The translations under genes were made by a program, and so were the position numbers. The notes below the pieces were generated by a model. It was not told the DNA's origin, did not search any database, and saw only the letters and a list, made by a program, of their open reading frames with translations. Shown here piece by piece: positions 56,876-64,000 of a stretch of DNA of 64,000 nt. Position 1 is the stretch's first letter; each line of letters begins with the position of its first letter. Source of the DNA: an uncultured Planctomycetota bacterium (lineage in GTDB: Bacteria > Planctomycetota > Phycisphaerae > Tepidisphaerales > Tepidisphaeraceae); NCBI GenBank assembly GCA_963841915.1, contig CAWJEN010000005.1, positions 1,056,001 through 1,120,000 on the forward strand, given 5' to 3'.

Positions 56876-58624
56876 TTAGTCGAGGTTCATCTTCAACAGG
56901 AACTCGCCGTTGCTCTTGGACTTCTCGAGTCGGCCCTTGAGCAGCTCCATCGCCTCGACCGGGTTCATGTCCGAAAGCACACGTCGTAAGCGGTAGACGA
57001 GCTGCATTTCCTTCGGATCGAGCAGCAGTTCCTCGCGGCGGGTGCCGCTGGCGTTGATGTCGATGGCCGGGTAGACGCGCTTTTCGACGAGGCGACGGTC
57101 GAGGTGCAATTCGCTGTTACCGGTGCCTTTGAACTCTTCGAAGATAACGTCGTCGGCCTTGGAGTTCGTGTCGACAAGGGCGGTGGCGAGGATGGTGAGC
57201 GACCCGCCGTTCTCGATGGCGCGGGCGCTGCCGAAGAAGCGTTTGGGCTTTTGCAGGGCAGCGGTGTCGACGCCGCCTGAGCCGAGCTTGCCGCTGGACG
57301 TTTCGTTGTTGTACGCGCGGGCGAGCCGGGTGATGGAGTCGAGGAGGATGATGACGTCCTTGCCGTACTCGACGTATCGGCGGGCCTTGTCCATCACGGT
57401 CTCGGCCACCTGGATGTGGCGGGCGCTGCCTTCGTCGAAGGTCGAGCTGACGATCTCGCCCTTGGTGTTGCGACGCATGTCCGTCACTTCCTCGGGCCGC
57501 TCGTCGATGAGCATGATGATCAGGACGGCCTCGGGGTGGTTGATGCTGATCGAGTTGGCGATCTTCTGCAGCAGTACCGTCTTGCCCGTCCGCGGCGGGG
57601 CGACGATGAGCATGCGCTGACCCAGGCCGATGGGCGTGACGAGGTCGACGACGCGCATCGAGACTTCGTCAGGGGCATGTTCGAGGTGCAGCCGCCGTTC
57701 GGGGTGCAGCGGCGTCAGGTCTTCGAAGTTCCGGACGCGGTGCACCTTCTGCGGGTCCTCGCCCATGATCTTGTCGACCTTGAGCAACGCGAAGTACCGC
57801 TCGGACTCTTTGGGCGGACGGATCTGGCCGAAGACGGTGTGGCCACGCTTGAGGCCGAACCGGCGGACCTGGCTCGGGCTGATGTAGATGTCGTCAGGCG
57901 AGGCGACGTAGTTGTTGTCGGGGCTGCGGAGGAAGCCAAACCCGTCGGGCAGCACTTCGAGAACGCCCTCGCCGAAGAGCAGGCCGGTCTTGCGTGCCCT
58001 GCCACGAAGGATGCGGAAGATAAGGTCCTGGCGCTTGAGCTTCGGCGCCTCGTCGATGCCTTCTTCCTTGGCCAGTGCGAGCAACTCGTCGTCGCTCTTG
58101 TCGCGCAGTTCGCGGAGGTAGAGCTTGTCCTCGTGGGTCAACGGCTTGAACCGCAGCCCCTCGGGCGTGTTGGCGGCGATCTCCTCGTCGCTGGGGATGT
58201 ACGGCTTGTCGACCCGTTCTTCCTCGACCTCAGGCTCGGGCGCTCGATGCACGCTTTCGACAGGCTTGGCGGCTTTGGCAGTCTTGGCACGGCGTGGCGC
58301 GCGGGCCTTTTTAACTACCTCAGGCTCTGCCGGTTCGTCGTGGGCGGCTTCGATTTCGGATGGCTCTTCTGGGGCAGGCGTTTCTTCGTGAACGAGCGGC
58401 TCTTCTGCCACGGCGTCTGACTTCTTGGCGCGGCGACGACTCTTCCGCTTGGGCTTGACCGGCGCATCATCCTCTGCAGCGGCGACTGCGGCAACGGTGC
58501 CTTCAGCCGGCTGGGTTTCATCAGCGGCCGGGGCGTCGACGGCCTCGGTCAGCGGCAGGTTCTGCTGCTCGGCGTCTGTCGCCTCGTCTGTCTTGGTCCG
58601 CCGCCGGGAAGTACGTTTTGCCAT
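56876..58624 (-). CDS. rho: Transcription termination factor Rho with long charged N-terminal extension
   Basis: [67 protein letters not shown]. Confidence 0.97.
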   Translation of the reverse strand: MAKRTSRRRTKTDEATDAEQQNLPLTEAVDAPAADETQPAEGTVAAVAAAEDDAPVKPKRKSRRRAKKSDAVAEEPLVHEETPAPEEPSEIEAAHDEPAEPEVVKKARAPRRAKTAKAAKPVESVHRAPEPEVEEERVDKPYIPSDEEIAANTPEGLRFKPLTHEDKLYLRELRDKSDDELLALAKEEGIDEAPKLKRQDLIFRILRGRARKTGLLFGEGVLEVLPDGFGFLRSPDNNYVASPDDIYISPSQVRRFGLKRGHTVFGQIRPPKESERYFALLKVDKIMGEDPQKVHRVRNFEDLTPLHPERRLHLEHAPDEVSMRVVDLVTPIGLGQRMLIVAPPRTGKTVLLQKIANSISINHPEAVLIIMLIDERPEEVTDMRRNTKGEIVSSTFDEGSARHIQVAETVMDKARRYVEYGKDVIILLDSITRLARAYNNETSSGKLGSGGVDTAALQKPKRFFGSARAIENGGSLTILATALVDTNSKADDVIFEEFKGTGNSELHLDRRLVEKRVYPAIDINASGTRREELLLDPKEMQLVYRLRRVLSDMNPVEAMELLKGRLEKSKSNGEFLLKMNLD

Positions 58625-58779
58625 CTGTTAGATAAGGGTTGATGAGGTCGTCGACCTCGGTCCGACCGCCGATGAAGAGAGCTTGGCGGGGGTGGCGCGG
58701 CTGTGGGCAGCGATGCCGACAGGCCACACATGCAATCGAATGTCGCAGGGTCACGCAAGGCGTCGCGTGAAAAGGTGGG

Positions 58780-59487
58780 TCAGGCCGCGCCGGCTGAAGC
58801 CGCGCCGCCACAGCATCCCGTCGTCGTTGAGCAACCGCAAGTGCCGCCCGCACTCGTGCCGCCGCAGCAACCTTGCCCGACGAGCGTCGACGTGATGTCG
58901 TCAAGAACAGCCCTGACCGCGTCGGCATCCGCCGGCTCGTCCGTGCTGTTGACGATCACATAGTCGGCCCGATCTCGCTTCTTGTCTAGGCCTATCTGTG
59001 CTTTTTCCCGACGTGCCAATTCGCCGGCGTCCCAACCGCGTCCGAGCACGCGACGCTGGCGGTCACCCTCAGGCGCATCAACCAACACCACGCGGTCACA
59101 CAGCCGGTCCAGCCGCGTTTCCATCAGCAACGGCGAGTCCCAGACGTAGGCAGCCGTCGACTCGTCCCGGGCGGCAGCGTCCATCATCTCGACCCTGGCC
59201 TTGTTGACCACCGGGTGCAGCAACTCTTCCAGAAAACGACGCTGCTCCGGCTGATCGAACACCACGCGGGCCAACGCCGGCCGGTCGATCTCGCCGCGAT
59301 CGTTCATGAACGACTCGCCGAACCGCTCGAGGATGGCCCGCTTGACCGCCGGGTGCGTGTAGGCGACGCGCACCAGCTCGTCAGAGTCGATGACGCAGCA
59401 GCCTGCCTTGCGGAACAGGCCGGCGACGTGGCTCTTGCCGGCTCCGATGCCGCCGACGATTCCGATGATGGGGCGAAGTGCGAACAA
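58780..59487 (-). CDS. coaE: Dephospho-CoA kinase with Cys-rich C-terminal tail
   Basis: IGIVGGIGAGKS, IDRPALARVVF, LEELLHP, DSPLLME, RADYVIVN. Confidence 0.92.
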   Translation of the reverse strand: MFALRPIIGIVGGIGAGKSHVAGLFRKAGCCVIDSDELVRVAYTHPAVKRAILERFGESFMNDRGEIDRPALARVVFDQPEQRRFLEELLHPVVNKARVEMMDAAARDESTAAYVWDSPLLMETRLDRLCDRVVLVDAPEGDRQRRVLGRGWDAGELARREKAQIGLDKKRDRADYVIVNSTDEPADADAVRAVLDDITSTLVGQGCCGGTSAGGTCGCSTTTGCCGGAASAGAA

Positions 59488-59520
59488 CCGGCCACAGCGT
59501 ATGCGGCAGGCGTTGGCGTT

Positions 59521-59977
59521 TCACCAGAACTCGCGCCACGCCGTGACGGCCACCCAATTTCCCGCAGGATCCTTCAAGAGCACGCCGTCTTCGCCTGCCA
59601 CAATGCCCCGCATCGCCTCGAAGTCGACCTGCTCGCTCTGCAGCATCGTGACCAGCTCGTTGAAGTGCTTGACAAAGACCCCGGTCGGCCGCACGGAGTC
59701 GCGTTCGGGCAGACTCAGTCAGCACCTCGAAGCGAATGGCGTTGTTGTCGGCCGCGTAGACGATGCCGCCGTCGGTCCGCCGTTCCATGCGAAGCATGCG
59801 CACGTAAAACGCGTCGAGCTTCGGCACGTCGTCGGCAGCGACCGGCAGCGTGACATCATTGACGCTCTCCAGCCGCACGGGCGGCGGTTCGGGCAGCGTC
59901 GGCCGCTTGTCATCGCCCGCAGCCCGGATCGCCTCCCGCCACGCCGGTTCGCTTGTCTCGCTGTGCGACGGCTCCAT
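59521..59977 (-). pseudogene. VOC/glyoxalase-like protein split by an apparent +1 frameshift (may be a sequencing error)
   Basis: N-part ..LDAFYVRML..IRFEVLTE; after dropping one base near 59713 it reads LPERDSVRPTG...LKDPAGNWVAVTAWREFW*. Confidence 0.65.
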
Positions 59978-60064
59978 GGATCACGATAGAGCCGTGCGCA
60001 CGCAATCGGCGGCGGACGCACGAAGCGCCACGCCGCCGTCTGGTTCCTGTCCCTGATGGAGCAC

Positions 60065-60784
60065 TCACGCCGCCATGCGCATCGGCGTCGGCTTCTGATC
60101 TTCCATCTCCTGCGGCAGGGCACCGCCGGCCGGCAGGTTCACGCTGGTCGGCGTGCTGCTCGGCCCGCTTTCGCCCTTGCCGTTCGTCCAGAACGCGCTC
60201 ACCCAGGCCGTGTCGCCCGTGGTGCTCGGCGGGAACGGGATCTCGACCCGCGTCCGCGTGACCTGCTCGCCGTAGCTGCCATTCCGTGATGCTGTCGGGA
60301 GCGACCGGCCCGAGGTGCGTGAAGATGGTGGCTCCGGCGACATCCGCCGGCTTGGCCCGCCGCGTCTTGCTCTGCAGCAGCTCGACGATGATCCGCCGGC
60401 CCTCACCGAGCCTGACCTTCACCAAGGGCGCCATCGTCGGCCGCGGAATGCTCCGCCGCTCGCCGGTCGACACGTTCAGGCCGAGGTCGAGTTTCAACTC
60501 GTCGCTGACGTCGACCAGTCCGCCGATCTGCTTGGCGTATTTGCGGGTCAGTCGGATCACTTCCTTCTTGGTCTCGTTCTTACGCCAGATGGCCTTGCGC
60601 CCGCGTGTCTCGGGGTCTTCGGCCGCCTGCAGCTCGCTGGTGTAGGTGTTGACGGCGATCACATACTCGGCGACCTCGTCGACAAGGCCGAAGAGCTCGG
60701 CTTGGAGGTCATGAGGCGGGAGAAGTTGGTGACAAAGGTCCGCAGACCGTCGTCGGAGAGGGGTAGAAAGCTGTTCTGTGCCAT
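60065..60784 (-). pseudogene. Hypothetical protein (helical N-part, beta-rich FN3-like C-part) with two apparent indels
   Basis: MAQNSFLPLSDDGLRTFVTNF, then ELFGL..PETRG..KN..LGL..RAKPADVAGATIF..W, then YGEQVTRTR..AFWTNGKGESGPSS; frame changes near 60698 and 60275; AAGGA RBS. Confidence 0.65.
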
Positions 60785-61596
60785 GGCACGTCCTTGTGCA
60801 AGGGGAAGCGCCAACGCCGTGACCCACTGGCCCCAAACCACGCCGGCAGTCACTATGTCGGCCGTCGGACGCCGGCGACTGGAGGCGAACGACGAGACAA
60901 TTGTTATCAGGACCCTTGCAAGAGCACGGCCGGCATACGTACTGACGCGAGCCCGTATCCCGCGCATCACTGCCCGCAGTGCAACGGGACGCAAATTGAG
61001 ATGCGGTGGGGCTGGTAACAAAGGTCCGCAGGCCCGCGTCGGTGCTTGGAATGAAATTGTTGGTCGGCATGGTGGCTCCGTGTGTGGGAGGTAGATGCCA
61101 ACGTCGCGACCATGTGGCCCCTGAACACGCCGGCAGCCTGTGTGTCGGCATGCCCGTCGGGTTGCTTGACTCGAAGTGGCCCGTCACCGTTATCGGCACC
61201 GCTCCGCATGGCCCCCGTACGGATCGACCGCACCTGCTCCGCCTGTGGCTGGCAGAACTTCCGCCTCCGCAAGTACCGCCGGCTCACACTGTTCGACGGC
61301 CCGGTCCGCCGCCACGCGATCGGGTTCTGCCGGAACGGATGGGCGACGAGCAGGACAGCTTCTGACGCGTTTCGTGCCGCAGCCGCTGACGTCTGGCGTG
61401 GTGGATGAGGAAACGAACGAACTCCTCGTGTGTCTGCTCACGAGCCTTGCAACCGACGCATCAACTCGTCATGATGCCGCCCCCGCCGAGGCACGACGGG
61501 CGGGCCGAGGGGACGGGCTTCATCACGCGGACGTTGTCGTCCGCAACCTCAATCCCCCACGGCCGCCAAGAAAGTCTTCGGCCGAGGGGAGACGCC

Positions 61597-64000
61597 ATGC
61601 CTGCACACAAAACATTCCGCCGTTCCACCCAGCGCAGTACCTCGCCCCGCCGCTCACCGTGCCCTCGCCGAGGCCTGCGAACCCCGCCGCCTCCTCGCCG
61701 CCCTCACCTGGGACGGCGGCGGCGACGGCACCACCTGGGGCGACGCCTTCAACTGGTCGAGCGATACGGTGCCGACGGCGGCCGACGACGTCACCCTCTA
61801 CGTCCCGGGCGACCTGACGGTTGTCGTAAACAGCAATCGCAGTGTTGGAAGTCTCGACAATCGAGAAACGATCGAAATTAGAGGATCAGATGCCTTCGGC
61901 AGCCCGTTGCTGTCGCTCGCTACTAACGACTCGACCAACAGTGGCACGATCCTGCTGACGAGCACATCGGCGACCAACAACCGGTCGGCGACCGTCAGCG
62001 TCAGCCGGGACGTGACGCTGACCAACGCCGCCGGCGGCCGCATCGTTGCCGAGGCGGGGACGGGCCTGGGTCAAACAGGCCTGCCGTTCCGGAGCCTCAT
62101 CCTGCAAAACGCCAGCGGCGAGACGCCCGGCGGCACCTTCATCAACGAAGGCACCATCGAAGCCGGCGAGGAAGTCGAGTTCCGAATCGACGCCAATGGG
62201 GGTGGAGCAAGCGTCACCAACGATGGCGGCACGCTCGACGCGACGGCCGCCGGGGCCTTGATAGACGTGCAAACGGGCGGCAACGTCCTGACGATCGACG
62301 GCGGGATGGTCGAAGGCGACGTGTTGTTCCGCAACGTGGCGCTGTCGCTCGGTGCGGCCCCGGCCGGCGGTGTCCTGTCGGTCGAGGGCAGCAGCAACAT
62401 CCTGGTTGGCGGCACGGTGCCGGCCGGGCTGACGCTGGCGGTCACCGCCAGCGACCGCACGGGCAGCGCGATCCTGCGGATCGACGACGACTCGACCAAC
62501 AGTGGCACGATCCTGCTGACGAGCACATCGGCGACCAACAACCGGTCGGCGACCGTCAGCGTCAGCCGGGACGTGACGCTGACCAACGCCGCCGGCGGCC
62601 GCATCGTCGCCGAGGCGGGGACGGGCCTGGGTCAAACAGGCCTGCCGTTCCGGAGCCTCATCCTGCAAAACGCCAGCGGCGAGACGCCCGGCGGCACCTT
62701 CATCAACGAAGGCACCATCGAAGCCGGCGAGGAAGTCGAGTTCCGAATCGACGCCAACGGGGGTGGAGCAAGCGTCACCAACGATGGCGGCACGCTCGAC
62801 GCGACGGCCGCCGGGGCCTTGATAGACGTGCAAACGGGCGGCAACGTCCTGACGATCGACGGCGGGATGGTCGAAGGCGACGTGTTGTTCCGCAACGTGG
62901 CGCTGTCGCTCGGTGCGGCCCCGGCCGGCGGTGTCCTGTCGGTCGAGGGCAGCAGCAACATCCTGGTTGGCGGCACGGTGCCGGCCGGGCTGACGCTGGC
63001 GGTCACCGCCAGCGACCGCACGGGCAGCGCGATCCTGCGGATCGACGACGACTCGACCAACAGTGGCACGATCCTGCTGACGAGCACATCGGCGACCAAC
63101 AACCGGTCGGCGACCGTCAGCGTCAGCCGGGACGTGACGCTGACCAACGCCGCCGGCGGCCGCATCGTTGCCGAGGCGGGGACGGGCCTGGGTCAAACAG
63201 GCCTGCCGTTCCGGAGCCTCATCCTGCAAAACGCCAGCGGCGAGACGCCCGGCGGCACCTTCATCAACGAAGGCACCATCGAAGCCGGCGAGGAAGTCGA
63301 GTTCCGAATCGACGCCAACGGGGGTGGAGCAAGCGTCACCAACGATGGCGGCACGCTCGACGCGACGGCCGCCGGGGCCTTGATAGACGTGCAAACGGGC
63401 GGCAACGTCCTGACGATCGACGGCGGGATGGTCGAAGGCGACGTGTTGTTCCGCAACGTGGCGCTGTCGCTCGGTGCGGCCCCGGCCGGCGGTGTCCTGT
63501 CGGTCGAGGGCAGCAGCAACATCCTGGTTGGCGGCACGGTGCCGGCCGGGCTGACGCTGGCGGTCACCGCCAGCGACCGCACGGGCAGCGCGATCCTGCG
63601 GATCGACGACGACTCGACCAACAGTGGCACGATCCTGCTGACGAGCACATCGGCGACCAACAACCGGTCGGCGACCGTCAGCGTCAGCCGGGACGTGACG
63701 CTGACCAACGCCGCCGGCGGCCGCATTGTTGCCGAGGCGGGGACGGGCCTGGGTCAAACAGGCCTGCCGTTCCGGAGCCTCATCCTGCAAAACGCCAGCG
63801 GCGAGACGCCCGGCGGCACCTTCATCAACGAAGGCACCATCGAAGCCGGCGAGGAAGTCGAGTTCCGAATCGACGCAACCGGCACCGGTGCCAGCATCAC
63901 CAACGAGGGCGATGTCGTCGTTGAAGCTGAGGCGACGGTCGACGTGCAGGGCACGCTCATCGTCGATGACAGCGACAGCGCTTTCCTGAGCGGTGGCCGC
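61597..64000 (+). CDS. Large extracellular repeat protein with planctomycete LEPR-XLL-type leader (3' truncated; apparent +1 shift near start)
   Basis: GGAG RBS plus ATG 61597; main frame from about 61661 reads ALAEACEPRRLLAALTWDGGGDGTTWGDAFNWS..., then Gly/Thr/Asn-rich beta-helix-like repeats, with no stop to the window end. Confidence 0.85.
61926..63876 (+). repeat. About 3.5 tandem copies of a 561-bp (187-codon) unit
   Basis: Units start at 61926, 62487, 63048, 63609; the only differences seen are synonymous (GTT/GTC, ATC/ATT, AAT/AAC). Confidence 0.95.

Noticed and set aside
61886..63790. 634-aa and 177-aa minus-strand ORFs in the repeat
   Set aside because: Antisense shadows of the plus-strand repeat protein.

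Overview
GC-rich bacterial core-chromosome segment. The gene content (an LEPR-XLL-type leader, PEP-CTERM proteins, three PilB and two PilT ATPases) points to a planctomycete, probably Phycisphaerae; this is an inference. It holds about 60 CDSs: housekeeping genes (panB, folD, bamA-skp-lpxD, hemW, hpt, rpoZ, metF, trxA, xerC, dnaX, rho, coaE), RegA/RegB- and PhoR-like signalling, an ECF sigma/zinc anti-sigma pair, and two type IV pilus clusters. One pilus cluster is interrupted by a wzm-wzt-pyruvyltransferase module and the other is followed by a GT-C-like membrane protein. No rRNA, tRNA, CRISPR array or transposase was recognised. Five non-gene signals stand out. (1) Two pairs of perfect parS palindromes lie 52 kb apart in cassettes that share three further identical boxes at nearly identical spacing. 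(2) An A9 run in dnaX has immediate stops in both alternative frames, a likely tau/gamma recoding site. (3) A TANNNT box sits 5-10 nt upstream of at least 15 start codons, suggesting leaderless transcription. (4) A surface protein contains about 3.5 near-identical 561-bp repeats. (5) Five apparent single-base indels cluster between 54.8 and 61.7 kb and are probably consensus errors.
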